Source: Eledone cirrhosa (Eukaryota). From it: DNA of 64,000 nucleotides. Under the pieces are notes generated by a model, which was not told where the DNA came from, did not search any database, and was given only the letters and a program-made list of their open reading frames with translations. A program made the position numbers and the translations under genes. This document shows positions 27,496 to 40,614 of this stretch, piece after piece (positions within the stretch are counted from its first letter, which is position 1; each line of letters begins with the position of its first letter). The stretch is taken from NCBI GenBank assembly GCA_964016885.1, contig OZ024746.1, positions 5,828,001 to 5,892,000 of the forward strand. The letters are read 5' to 3'.

Positions 27496-28437
27496 AAGAG
27501 AGAGTAAATACTTAAATCTAGTTGGCTTGACGTAAGAAACGAAAATGAAGTATTTTAAATGGTAGAAATATAAATGACTTTACCAATAAGCGATAATTCT
27601 AGATAATAGTTGATAGAACTGTATAAGGAGGTAGAGGACACGGATTCTATGGCTACTTTACCCGATTTCCCCAACTGTTGTCAATAGCGATCGATTGTTG
27701 TCGCCCCTGTGTATATAACTATATTTAGTCAATTACTTTTGGATGATAAAACTTCAAAAGTATTTATGTATATAATATATGTATATATACACACACACAC
27801 ACACATATATATATATGGAATAATCATCTAAGTATGATGAAAGATAATTATATACTCTATAATTAGCAGAGATTAACATGAAAAGTAGCGTCAAAGTCTA
27901 ATTGATTTATCAACAGACTTCTGTTGACACCCTCTCTCCAAGTCTCTCTTTCATCTTCTCTTTCGTTGTTTTTTCTTTTATTTTTCTCTCCTTCTTCTTT
28001 ACTTTTGTGTTTCATTTTTGTCTTCATTCTTCTCTATAATCACTCCCTTCCCTTCATATCTCTGACTATGTTCCTCGCTTTACTCTTGTCTTCATTCTTC
28101 TCTATAATCACTCCCTTCCCTTCATATCTCTGACTATGTTCCTCGCCTTAGTCTTGTCCATATGTCTCATTTTTACCCCATTTTCTCAGAGCCAACTATC
28201 TTCGTGTACTTCTACACTTCACGAAACAAGGGCTCAACTTGTAATGTAAGCATAATCATTGTTTCATTAACATGTAACAACTACTTTATATTATATGTAA
28301 CTTTTCTTAGATTATAGTTTCATAGAATGGGAATAGACATAACCCTACAATCAACTCATATTCAGAGTAGGCTCTGGTGGACGATATTTAACGTTTTTCT
28401 GTTCACACTCACAATATGTCCAAACACGCACACATAC

Positions 28438-28587
<150 letters not shown>

Positions 28588-28966
28588 AGAATAGAATCGG
28601 TGTGCAGTTGCTAGTTAAGTTAGGCTTAAAAATGGAATGAGAATAAGAAAGCAAGAACGGTGGGTGGGTGGAGGTGGCTGGGGGGAGGGGGTTGTTTCCT
28701 CATCAGTTGTCTACTGGGGATCTCGGATATTTCAACGCTTGTAAGACAATATATCTACCCGCAGAGCGTTCAATAACTGGGTAAGTTATTGGGAAAACGG
28801 AGGAGGGAGGGAAGGAAAATAGAAGGGAAAAGGGAAGAAAAGGAAAAAAAGAGAAACAGTGAAAAAAAAACAACAAATCGAGGAATGTGCAAGGAACTGA
28901 AGGCAAGAAAATCCAAGACCACAGCGGTAACAGAACATAAGTTCGAGAGCGTGTGCTCGTTACACA

Positions 28967-29009
<43 letters not shown>

Positions 29010-29015
29010 CATACA

Positions 29016-29601
29016 TGGTGGCTGCCAACTCGTTTTCGAGTACGGCCACTACTTTATATCCATGTAGGAGAACCCCTACCGATGCGCTGAACGAGTGTGA
29101 CTTTTTAGTCCAGCCAGCGACTTGAAAACTCTGGTACAAACACTACACCTGTGACAATTATTGACACATAGTGCTGGGCCCATGGTACCATGTGATGACA
29201 AGTGCAGAGAGATCTCCAGATATAAAGCAATGCCTGTGCCGTGAAGCTTTTATAGTGAGCAATGGCACTGCACAAAGCCAGTCCCACTCTCTTAACCAAG
29301 ATGATATTTACCAAAAAGAAGAACAAGTCAACATCATTGGATACCATCAGGGTTGCAGGTGTTATATCAGAGTTTTCCTTCTCTAGAATTCTGCCTTGAC
29401 AAAGGCTAAGGGGTCATCTCTCCCAGTGATTTTGGATGGCATTGACTCTTAAGAGCTCCTTTGCCCTTTGACAGGTTTTGTTTTTATTCCTGCATGATGT
29501 CCAAAGTCACCCTCCTCACCAAGAAACCTTGGTGGGGTTGCCAGTTTAGTCGCCAACGAACCGACCATGGGACAGGTCGTACTGGGATACATGTTACCAG
29601 T
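29016..29601 (-). mobile_element. non-autonomous RTE-derived retroelement, copy 1
   Basis: Near-identical to six other copies. RTE-type 5' UTR motif GAAGGAAAACTCTGA, 3' end encoding C-x2-C…FKSLAGLKSHTRSAH, (TGTA)n tail. Confidence 0.8.
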
Positions 29602-29603
29602 CT

Positions 29604-29675
<72 letters not shown>

Positions 29676-29940
29676 GGAAAAGAAATTGAAAATGCAACTG
29701 GAGTCTTTTAAGAATATTTATTTATTTACTTTACCGGTTTCACATTTCTTCCGCTGTTCAAAAGTAAAATTGGAATGGCGGGTTTGTGTTTCTGTTGTGG
29801 TTTGTCTCGCTATTTCAGAGCACCAATGCTAATACCTAATTTTTGCTGGACCAGCAATCACTCTGTATAATCTGCTCCTGATTATTACTGGAATTCTATA
29901 AGAATCCAGCTTCTATAATTTTTGGCGGAAGCAGGGGGGG

Positions 29941-29982
29941 GGCTCTGATGAACGCCAACCAGCGTGAAACAGACTTTCAGCC
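29941..29982 (+). ncRNA. minimal hammerhead motif
   Basis: GGCT-CTGATGA-ACGC-CAACCA-GCGT-GAAA-CAGACT-TTC-AGCC; stem III is imperfect. Confidence 0.6.
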
Positions 29983-30106
29983 TCTCTTCTTTCTTTCGCC
30001 GAAAAGAAGTAAGTGACATAGTCACTACTTTAAAACTGATAGCGTATGGTCTTCTAAATGTTTTTAATTAAACATACGGTATATTGCCAAATATACTATA
30101 CATACA

Positions 30107-30185
<79 letters not shown>

Positions 30186-30427
30186 GGGGTTGTGAATACA
30201 CCATACCTCATACCTCAAACAAAATCTCTATTTTGCCTACACTACATCCATTCCTTCTAAACCTTTTTATTTTTATGTTGTAATTTTTACATTCAGATTT
30301 GTATTTGAAGAAAGCCATTTACTGTTTTCATCTGATTATTTTCCCGATTAATATTATTATCAACTGGAAAAAAATGAAACGAAATTTCATTTCTCACTCT
30401 TAGTACATCATTAACATATATTATTAC

Positions 30428-30615
30428 TGGATTGGCAGTATCGGTAGAGGGTCGGACGCCATGCTTTCCAGCATAGTTACGTCCCTTTACGATCTGAGTT
30501 CAAATCCCGCCGAGGTTGACTTTGCCTTTCATCCTTACGGGGTCGATAAAATAAAGTACCAGTAATGCACTGGGTATTTGCTGGCCTTGTGCCAAAAAGT
30601 AGAAACAATTATTAC
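30428..30615 (+). mobile_element. tRNA-derived SINE, near full length
   Basis: Matches the 14.2-kb monomers; ATTATTACTG is present on both flanks. Confidence 0.9.
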
Positions 30616-30683
30616 TGTTATAATTATCATTATCGTTGTTGTCATTATCATAAATATTATCAGAGTATTATTATACCCCTGTA

Positions 30684-31292
30684 TCACCACCACCACCATC
30701 ACCACCACCATCACCACCATCATCCCCATCACCACCACCACCAACATCACCATCATCACCAACAACACCACCACCACCACCACTGCCACCACCACCATCA
30801 CCACCAACAGCACCACCACCATCACCACCAACATCATCCCCACCAACACAACCACCAACATCACCACCACCACCATCACCACGATCATCACCGCCACCAC
30901 CACCAACACAACCATCAACATCACCAACATCACCACCATCATCACGAACACCACCACCACCACCAACATCACCTCTACCACCACCAACATCAGCACCACC
31001 AACACCACCACCACGATCATCACCGCCACCACCACCAACACAACCATCAACATCACCAACATCACCACCATCATCACGAACACCACAACCACCACCAACA
31101 TCACCTCTACCACCACCAACATCAGCACCACCAACACCACCACCACTACCACCAACATCACCACCAACACCACCACCACCACCAACATCACCACCAACAC
31201 CACCACCACCACCAACATCACCACCACCACCACCACCAGCACAACCACCACCACCACCACCACAACCACCACCATCATCACCAACATCACCC
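30684..31292. repeat. degenerate (ACC/AAC/ATC)n trinucleotide tract with internal duplication
   Basis: Low-complexity tract; an approximately 130-bp internal segment is repeated (about 30880-31010 and 31012-31140). Confidence 0.9.
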
Positions 31293-31775
31293 ATCCTCTA
31301 TTCGTTACTTAATTATTTATTTAGCGATAATAACAGTTATTTCTGGCGCTGTTGCTTATTCTATGCGATTAAAATGAATTATAATATAATTATAGGAATT
31401 AATTAGATGTGATAGCAGCCTGTGTGCAGCTGTTAGCATCACTAACTGAAAGTAACAACTATTGGCCAGGCTTCTACACCAAAGTTAATCATGTTTTTCT
31501 TAATTGTATATAATTGTTGTTTCATTAAAACGCATCAGTAGATTTGTTATCAATATTTAAAATAATTTTAAAAGTCATTTTAAAATAAACTATTGTTATT
31601 AATTACTTTCATGTTTTTGCTCCTACACCAACACCATCTCCTCGTCGTCATCATCGGCTCATCATCGTCATCACCATCATCATCATCATCGTCATCAAGT
31701 TCAACCTCTAAATGTAGGATTATATATATGTGTGTGACCACACCTGCCTGTCCATCACCCCCATCTCTCTCTCTC

Positions 31776-31833
<58 letters not shown>

Positions 31834-31893
31834 GCGAGTGAGAGAAAGAAAGAGAGAGAGGGAGATAGTGAGAGGGAGAGAGAGAGAGAGGGC

Positions 31894-31955
<62 letters not shown>

Positions 31956-31978
31956 CCGGTCAAATAGGTGGTTCGCGT

Positions 31979-32011
<33 letters not shown>

Positions 32012-32371
32012 ATACTTTGGGAGGGTCATGTTGCCAATAAGAAACACACGCACCAGCTGCTTTCACTTCAATTTATTATATATTTATAAATTTATAAATT
32101 TATAAATTTATAAATTTCTGGTTGGTTGGTTGGTTCCACAACCAGATAGTTGTTTATATATAGTCATAGTTCTTTCGTCACACACTCTGTGACCTCTTCA
32201 GTGACTAGGGATTCCTTTCTTTGTTTCTGTGCCTCTCCTTTGTTCTGTCATACGCCATTTTGTTTCTGTGTGTGTGTTGTGTGCTCAGTCTGCGCATGCG
32301 CCACATCCGATACAACCCCTAGAGGTTAATTAGCTTACAAATTTAGAAGGGCCCTAAATAAACATAAACTC

Positions 32372-32833
32372 AATATTAAGATAGTAGAAAGACCAGGTAC
32401 CTCCGTAAAAACACTTATTAGCAAGACATACCCTTTTCAAAGACCCTCATGTATAGATAAGAAATGTATAACCTGTAAAATAAGCCCCCATATTAACTGT
32501 AAAACTAGAAATGTAGTGTATAGCATAAGATGTACTGAAGAACAATGTAGAGACAAAAATATAATGTACATAGGTGAGACAGCTCGTAGTGAAGGGGAAC
32601 GGATAAATGAACACTGGCGAGACCTTCAAGATAATAAAGAATCATCTGTACTCTACCAACATGCTAAGATAGAACACAAGGGTAAATTAGAGAACATAGA
32701 AATAAAAATAGAATCTACACACAGAAAAGACGCAATGTTTATACAAATTACAGAGGCAATAAACATAAAAGAATTACAACCAAAATTAAATAGAAAATAT
32801 GAGTGGAACAGCAACATCACAACTTACAATTAA
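32372..32833 (+). pseudogene. PLE ORF C-terminus: Cys-rich linker plus GIY-YIG endonuclease
   Basis: Open frame NIKIVERPG…CIDKKCITC…NCKTRNVVYSIRC…MYIGETAR…RINEH…LYQHA…EAINI…PKLN contains the VVY/YIG motifs and the conserved R, E and N of GIY-YIG. The RT part is missing. Confidence 0.9.
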
Positions 32834-33033
32834 GGACAAAATGAAAACACACACACACATAGAACAAACAACCAACCAGTAACATGTAAATAAACAAATA
32901 AATAAATGAACATAAACACACACAGACACCCGGATGTGGCGCATGCGCAGACTGAGCACACAACACACACACAGAAACAAAATGGCGTAGGACAGAACAA
33001 AGGAGAGGCACAGAAACAAAGAAAGGAATCCCC

Positions 33034-33078
33034 AGTCACTGAAGAGGTCACATAGTGTGTGACGAAAGAACTATGACT
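33034..33078 (+). ncRNA. minimal hammerhead in PLE pLTR (mirror copy 32161-32207, minus strand)
   Basis: AGTCA-CTGAAGA-G-GTCAC-ATAGTGT-GTGAC-GAAA-GAAC-TA-TGACT. Confidence 0.75.
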
Positions 33079-33292
33079 ATATATAAACAACTATCTGGTT
33101 GTGGAACCAACCAACCAACCAGAAATTTATAAATTTATAAATTTATAAATTTATAAATATATAATAAATTGAAGTGAAAGCAACTGGTGCGTGTGTTTCT
33201 TATTGGCAACATGACCCTCCCAAAGTATAACAATATCGGTTTCAACACACGATTTCAGATAAAGAATCTTGCTAAACAAATTCAGAAACGAA

Positions 33293-33334
<42 letters not shown>

Positions 33335-33339
33335 ATAAA

Positions 33340-33550
33340 TTAATAAAATAATGAATAAACAAAGAAACAGTTCCTTATATTAAAAAAAAACAGTTCCTTA
33401 TATTAAAAAATTCATCATTTTACGATCGTTTCTAGGATATATATGTGATTGAGTTGGTATGCATATTCTATAGATCTATGTACAGTATTTATACAAACTA
33501 TCAGAGGGAATATACATACCTACACATATATATGCTGTCTTCAGAAATAA
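33340..33550 (-). mobile_element. PLE-like remnant with a long-stem-II hammerhead
   Basis: Recurs at 56880-57083. Minus strand ATTT-CTGAAGA-(~105 nt)-GAAA-CGATCG-TA-AAAT. Confidence 0.6.
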
Positions 33551-34248
33551 TGATATTTGTTTATTGAAAAAAACAAAGATTCAATACAATAGGTCTGTTC
33601 GTGAACAGGTTTTGAATTGACCAATAGAGAGATAGTGAGGGTCAAGATAGTAATATAGTAGTAGAAGAACCTTAAATTATGGGTAGAGGAAGGTAGATTT
33701 CAGTTTTGGATGGAAAAGAATATTATGAATGAAGGATTATTTTAGGGGAGAAATAGGTCGTATGCTGACCTTAGAAATAATTTTATTTGTTCATTGAATA
33801 AAACCAACAAAGATCTAATATATTCTGTCTGTTTGGTAAGAAGTTTAGAATTAACCAATAGAAAGTTAATAATTGGCCAAATGGTAAAATAGTAGTAATT
33901 GAAGCTTATTTTAGGGGTGAAAATAGGTCAGGTGGTCAGTAAAAGGTATACAAGCAGTTGCTGTTATAAAATAGTAATGCCAATACAAATATCTAAGGTG
34001 ACTAAAGTTTTACGATAAGAATGTTAGATAAAAAAATACATCTATGAAAAGAATATAAATTAATTTAATTGATGGGTATATTTATATTGATAAAATTATA
34101 CTAATACATATAGATATGATAAATAAGAGTTAGATGCAGTTGAAAAGTGCTGTTAAAGATGAGGGGAAATTAAAAGAATATAAAAATAATATATATATAT
34201 ACCTATATATATATATATACATATATATACATATACATACACACATAT

Positions 34249-34311
<63 letters not shown>

Positions 34312-34458
34312 AAATAAGATTTCGCTTCAAGCATAGTTTTATACAATATGTATAGAAATATCGTATTTCTAAAGAAATACGGATTTAGTAAGCCGTAGCT
34401 ATGCAAACACCGAGGGGCTAAAGCCCTCTAGTGGTGTCCAGCAGAAGCAAGGGGGACA

Positions 34459-34502
34459 ACCGTCTATGCATTTCAGGCTTGACTGGCCTTCGTCAGGACG
34501 GT
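34459..34502 (-). ncRNA. minimal type I hammerhead ribozyme motif
   Basis: Minus strand ACCGTC-CTGACGA-AGGC-CAGTCAA-GCCT-GAAA-TGCA-TA-GACGGT. Confidence 0.85.
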
Positions 34503-35199
34503 CCCTCCCACCGCTTGACGTACACAGATACATTTATATAAAGGTCCCAAATACCCTCGTTTTTTTTAATAAGACGAGATCTTGAGGATCTAATTAATTG
34601 TGTTGGATGCGTGTAGACTGTATTTTCTATTTCAGACATTCGTCATGAGATCGTTATGTTGATTCAATGACGAAATATATTTCGGTGAAAAATCTCAAAA
34701 TGATAAGCTATATAGAAAGTTATTTTGATGTATAAGATTGAAATATCGATTTAATTTTGAGGTTACAAGAATATAATAAACATTTAAAATACACTCATAT
34801 TTGATTAATTGTTTTTTTTTAAATTACATGCAAGAAACAGTGTTTAAACTATGTTGAAATGTTTCAAAATTTTATTTTAAATATTTCATAAGGTCTTCCA
34901 AGTGTGGTTAATGTATATTTTACATGTATTACACTGAGAATATTTTGTATGTTGCTATCACTGTGCAATATATTATATCCTATGTGTATCTCTTGTGATT
35001 TGTTTCCATAGATATAATTGTTGCTAAAATATATTTGAAATATATATTTTCGGAATTTATTGTTGAACATTCTTTTATATAAATACTCACAGGTGAAAGC
35101 CTTCTTTATGAGAGTGACATAAATTCAGTAACATTTACGTCCTAAAGACAGGCGGTTCCTATAACAGATACTAAATATGCTTTCTAAATTGGTACTTTC

Positions 35200-35530
35200 T
35201 ACTTTCTGCAGCGGCAATCTGGTTCAGTCTGCGACTAACCCAGGTTCTGCTGCACGTCGCGCTGAGGAGGCCAAACTCTTCAAATACCGGTCGCTCTCCG
35301 ATAGGTTTGCGGTTGTACCCTTGGCAGTGGAGATTTCTGGTGTCCTCGGTCCTAGGGCTACCTCCCTATTCTCCACCATAAGCGCTGAGCTGGCCAGCCG
35401 CAGGTGTGAGCCTCGCGAGTTGGAATGGCTTTTCCAGTGCGTCTCCCTTGCCGTTCTCTGGGGAAACACCTTCTCCATTCTGTCCGCCAGGGCTGAGGGG
35501 AGGCCACTAATATGATTGACTGACTTGACA
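35200..35530 (+). mobile_element. CRE-clade-like non-LTR retrotransposon 3' fragment (RLE domain end)
   Basis: PGSAARRAEEAKLFKY…VVPLAVEISGVLG…FQCVSLAVLWGN is a typical RLE C-terminus; homologous to 36960-37525. Confidence 0.8.
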
Positions 35531-36454
35531 TTTTATCTGTCAGATGTTCCAATTGGTACTCGTTAAGATAGATATTACAAAGACTAGAAAGCTCCGAACA
35601 AACTTCGTCTTGGTTTGATTTTATGGCAGCTGTTATTTCGTTTCAATTGCGTCATGTTCTCGGCAAATAAGAGGAATGTTGTAATTCATGTTCCTCCTTT
35701 CCCTGAAATCTTAGACAATTATAAACAAAACCAACGTACATATTTCAGGCAAACGAAATTCAATTTGTAAAGTTACGGTTGTTTTATACAGTATCGTGTC
35801 AAATAGATGAATACATTTTGATTCGAAAATACTAGAGCTGGACTGGCTGTTTCAGTGGGTGCCCCGCTGTCCTTTGGGGCAATGCATCCTGTCGACCGGG
35901 ACCCAGATGCGGAGAGCAAGATAGTTGGTGGTGGAGGATACTGGTTCGGACGTCACTTCTATAACTAAAGTATATTTACATTTATACAACTGTAAATTTA
36001 TGGAAACAACTTATTTTGTTATTGCAATTTTACTAACATAATTATTCTACATTTGCCTGGCAATTAGATTGATGCTGTGGTTGACATAACTTGCAAACTT
36101 AGAACTGTCTATAGATATTTACTTTATTGGTTTACTGAATATGAACAGATGGTTATGACCTTACAAATTAATATTTAATCCTGAAATTAGCATTTATAAC
36201 AATGCTGTTGTGACTGATAATCAAAATTAGAGAACTTGGCTCAGTGCCAAATAAACGAAACAGACATCAATCATTTTTGGTTGAGATTTTAGTGATACAT
36301 AAAATTTATAACATAGAGATATCATGGAATTTTTATGTAAATTACTAACATTCTATTAAACTTTTGGTCTCTGAGCGATGCACAGAAGTGGTTCATTTTA
36401 GTAATGATTTGAATTAGCTTTATTATTTTATTTTAAAAATCAATGAACAGATTT

Positions 36455-36638
36455 TATGGGCAAAAACAGCTGGCAGGAGACCCAGGGGTAGATCCCGAGC
36501 AAGATGGTTGGATAACATCCATGATCTTGGGTGGTCTTGCTTGGGGATTCCAGTCAGATCAGTTGGAGACGGTTGCTTCTGATAGGACCTTGCTGGATAG
36601 GAGTGTTTGCCCCACCCACGCTCCTCTCAGTAATATGT

Positions 36639-36671
<33 letters not shown>

Positions 36672-36755
36672 AGAAGAAGAAGAAGAAGAAGAAGAAGAAG
36701 AAGAAGAAGAAGAAGAAGAAGAAGAAGAAGAAGAAGAAGAAGAAGAAGAAGAAGA
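36455..36755 (+). mobile_element. RTE-clade LINE 3' end with (GAA)n tail
   Basis: Translates as …GRRPRGRSRARWLDNIHDLGW…QLETVASDR…, resembling the RTE C-terminal GRP-x3-W motif. Homologue at 40225-40474. Confidence 0.7.
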
Positions 36756-36959
36756 GTGTTTGGTCCTATACGAAATAGCGGGAATATTTACACGAGGCTG
36801 TCGTAGAGGTGTATTACATTCTCAAAATTCTATTTTGATAATATTCCATTACGTTACATTTCTAATTTTATCGAAGTTATTTCCTCTCACTTCATCAAAC
36901 AGCATAATTATTTATTTACAATAGTTTATAACTGTGCCTATTAATCCGTATGGTGAGCA

Positions 36960-37525
36960 AATGGGGTCCCACGTGCTGGCCTCCCCATAGCCCCAGCGAA
37001 CAGGATGGAGAAGGAGTTTCCCGGAGGATGGTAAGGGAGATGCGCTGGAAGTGCCATTCCAACTCGCCATGCTCGCACCTGCGGCTGGCCAGCTCAGCGC
37101 CTATGGTGGTGAGTAGGGAGGTAGCCCTAGGGCCGAGGACACCAGAAGTCTCCACTGCCAAGGGTACGACCGAGAACCTGTCGGAGAGCGACCGGTACTT
37201 GGAGAGTTTGGCCTCCTCAGCCCGACGTGCAGCAGTATCCGGGTAGTCACAGACTGCACCAGGTTGCGGTTGGATAAAGTGTCGCTGCAAATGGCATCCC
37301 AGACGAGGGGTTTGCCACCGCGGAACGGGAAGATGGTCATACCGGCTGGTCTTTTGCCATCCCCTTGGTCTAGTCTCACCGGCTCGAGCTGGGAGGGGAA
37401 GCCTGCAGCGTCCAAGCCATGCTTCATAACTTCGTTGAGGGCAGCATGGCGTGGAAGGCGGCCGGCATTGTAGCGACAGGAAAGCGGGTGGAGTCCGAAA
37501 GAGTCCATTAATATGCTGGACATAG
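36960..37525 (-). mobile_element. CRE-clade-like non-LTR retrotransposon fragment (CCHC remnant plus RLE), frameshifted
   Basis: DSFGLHPLSC…RHAALNEV…EP…DGKRPAG…LVWD…DT, then a frameshift to AARRAEEAKLSKY…PLAVETSG…FQRISL. Confidence 0.85.
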
Positions 37526-37886
37526 CATTGTTTAAAATGCCGGACACAGTATAAAGAAATAAAAAGACAAACATACAACCTTTCCTCTTCCATTTTAACA
37601 TAGTAAGAAATAAGAAACCAAAATTTCAAATTTATTTCTCCCTAACCATGAGAACAAAATCTGATTACCTGAAAAAATAAAATATTTATGTGTGCGTGAC
37701 CTTGTACGTATGTATGTATGTATGATTGTATGTATGTATGTATGTAAATATGTACGTATGTATGTATGTATGTATGTACGTATATACGTATGCATGTATG
37801 TATGTACGTATGTACGTATGCACGTATGTATGTATGTATGTATGTATGTATGTATGTATGTATGTATGTATGTATGTATGTATGTA

Positions 37887-38327
37887 TCTTAAGAGTCAAT
37901 GGCCATCCAAAATCACCGGGAGAGATGACCCCTTAGCCTTTGTCAAGGCAGAATTCTAGGAGAAGGAAAACTCTGATATAACACCTGCAACCCTGATGGT
38001 ATCCAATGATGTTGACTTGTTCTTCTTTTTGGTAAATATCATCTTGGTTAAGAGAGTGGGACTGGCTTTGTGCAGTGCCTTTGCTCACTATAAAAGCTTC
38101 ACGGCACAGGCATTGCTTTATATCTGGAGATCTCTCTGCACTTGTCCTCACATGGTACCATGGGCCCAGCACTATGTGTCAATAATTGTTACAAGTGTAG
38201 TGTTTGTACCAGAGTTTTCAAGTCGCTGGCTGGACTAAAAAGTCACACTCGTTCAGCGCTTCGGTAGGGCTTCTCCTACATGGATATAAAGTAGTGGCCG
38301 TACTCGAAAACGAGTTGGCAGCCACCA
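37887..38327 (+). mobile_element. non-autonomous RTE-derived element, copy 2 (5'-truncated)
   Basis: Flanked on both sides by (TATG)n. Confidence 0.85.
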
Positions 38328-38390
38328 TGTATGTATATATGTATGTACGTATGTATGTACGTATGTATGTACGTATGTATGTATGTATGT

Positions 38391-38805
38391 ACCGGGAGAG
38401 ATGACCCCTTAGCCTTTGTCAACCCAGAATTCTAGGAGAAGGAAAACTCTGATATAACACCTGCAACCCTGATGGTATCCAATGATGTTGACTTGTTCTT
38501 CTTTTTGGTAAATATCATCTTGGTTAAGAGAGTGGGACTGGCTTTGTGCAGTGCCTTTGCTCACTATAAAAGCTTCACGGACCAGGCATTGCTTTATATC
38601 TGGAGATCTCTCTGCACTTGTCGTCACATGGTACCATGGGCCCAGCACTATGTGTCAATAATTGTCACAAGTGTAGTGTTTGTACCAGAGTTTTCAAGTC
38701 GCTGGCTGGACTAAAAGTCACACTCGTTCAGCGCATCAGTAGGGGTTCTCCTACATGGATATAAAGTAGTGGCCGTACTCGAAAACGAGTTGGCAGCCAC
38801 CACCA
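38391..38805 (+). mobile_element. non-autonomous RTE-derived element, copy 3 (5'-truncated, tandem to copy 2)
   Basis: Begins within the (TATG)n tail of copy 2. Confidence 0.85.
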
Positions 38806-39059
38806 TGTATGTATGTATGTATGTATGTATGTATGTATGTATGTATGTATGTATGTACGTATGTATGTACGTAGTATGTATGTATGTATGTACGTATGTA
38901 CGTATGTATGTATGTATGTATATATGTATGTATCTGTGTATGTATGTGAGTATATATGTATATATGTGTTTGCGTGTGTATTTATTTATGTATGTATTTA
39001 TGTGCATATCTATGTATGTGTGTACGTATGTGCGTGTGTATGTGTATGTATGTATACAG

Positions 39060-39157
<98 letters not shown>

Positions 39158-39379
39158 TATCATCATATTATACCAACAGTTTAATCTATTTAGACGAGCA
39201 GTGAGTTGAAAGTTTTCCCTCGTATATATTATAATAAAGACACTTCCATCAATCTTCTAATGTCTCACTCATTGCCCTCCTAGATTATATCCCACTTCCA
39301 ATGTATGTTATTTCTCTTTGATCTGCCATAACATTTTATAGAAATAACAACTGCAGGTAAATCTGTTCATTTTTGTTTC

Positions 39380-39680
39380 CTTTATATTTGGTAGGAGGAA
39401 AGGCAGCCTTCATAACCTTTATAGGAGCTGTGGGTCTAGAGAAATCAATATAGATCTTAATGTTCAGTTTGAACTTGCATAGGTCAACAGTAGAGGGAAA
39501 GGAATGCGTGTATTCCAGAAAATTCTATGTTGGAATTATTGGACAACTGTAGAGTTGTTTCATGAGTTTCAGTAGTGATGACTTGTGGAGAAATAGCGAC
39601 TCTCATCTCATTAGCTTTGTTGAAGAGGGGAACTTCATGGCTGTAGATGTAATAAGCAAATAGAGGAAAGAACCGTTCTG
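39380..39680 (-). mobile_element. highly decayed CR1/Jockey-group LINE 3' end
   Basis: Minus strand gives FWNT…FPSTVDLCKFKLNI, resembling the LWNxLP…FP…DL…FK terminal motif; multiple frameshifts. Confidence 0.45.
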
Positions 39681-40224
39681 TTAGCTAGCTGAATAGTTTC
39701 TTTTACCTACATACACTGAATATATAGATTATTGAATTTTACCGTTTATGGTGTTCTCATTCATATTTCTGTTATTTAACGACCAGAAATAGCCATTTAC
39801 TAATCGGTTCTTATGCATTTATATATAAATACACCATTGATCAATGTTTAATGATAATAGTTTCCTGTTTTACTTCAATAGAACAACAATCGGACTGAGG
39901 TCAGCAGATTAAAAGATTCCTTATAATCACCACATTAATATAATTGACCAATAAATTAGCTTCTATCAATGTAAAATGACGCATGTTATTTCTGTATATA
40001 AGCAGTTTCCGCCAATCTATGGGAAGACTTTAAGTGATATATTTGGGATATACACGATCACCGAGGTATATAAATCATTAATATATCATCTCAGTTATCC
40101 ATGTAAATAAGGTGTGAAGATGTTTGGAAGATTCTAGATACTTAACTTGTCATTTTGGCGTTATTTTGTTTTTCAGAATTTTCTCACTGAAAATTAAAAT
40201 TTATTTCTGGAACTTAAAAACGGG

Positions 40225-40474
40225 CAAAACCAACTGCTTGGAGACCCAGGAGTAGATTCTGAGCAGGTTGGTTTGATAACATCCATGGGCGTCGCTGGTC
40301 TTGCTTGGGGGACCAGCCGGATCAGTTGGAAGCAGGTGCTTCTGACAGGGACCGCAGGAAGGAGTTTTTGAGGATACTGCCCCCACGACCATCTCAGGAA
40401 TAAGTGGGCCAAGAAGAAGAAGAAGAAGAAGAAGAAGAAGAAGAAGAAGAAGAAGAAGAAGAAGAAGAAGAAGA
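40225..40474 (+). mobile_element. RTE-clade LINE 3' end with (GAA)n tail
   Basis: Homologous to 36455-36755. Confidence 0.7.
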
Positions 40475-40499
40475 ATATTATTGTATGTCTGCTTATTTG

Positions 40500-40592
<93 letters not shown>

Positions 40593-40614
40593 TTATGTAC
40601 GTATGTATATATGT

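Larger units (their letters stand above)
32004..33292 (+). mobile_element. 5'-truncated Penelope-like element with inverted pseudo-LTRs
   Basis: About 305-bp near-identical inverted repeats (32004-32309 and 32931-33236) enclose a GIY-YIG ORF end. Each repeat contains a hammerhead. Inserted in (TA)n. Confidence 0.92.

Noticed and set aside
28018-28146. 68-bp-period tandem duplication in a CT-rich tract
   Set aside because: Ordinary slippage duplication with no further signal.
30535-31377. His-rich, Thr-rich (mucin-like), Val-rich and Gly-rich ORFs
   Set aside because: All are readings of one degenerate (ACC)n tract. The + ORFs begin inside a SINE, and the hydrophobic tail is not in the Thr-rich frame.
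37933-38714. Recurrent 79-80 aa ORFs (MLGPWYHV…, MVSNDVDL…) as a gene family
   Set aside because: They lie inside the 7-copy retroelement, occur on both strands and are broken in some copies.
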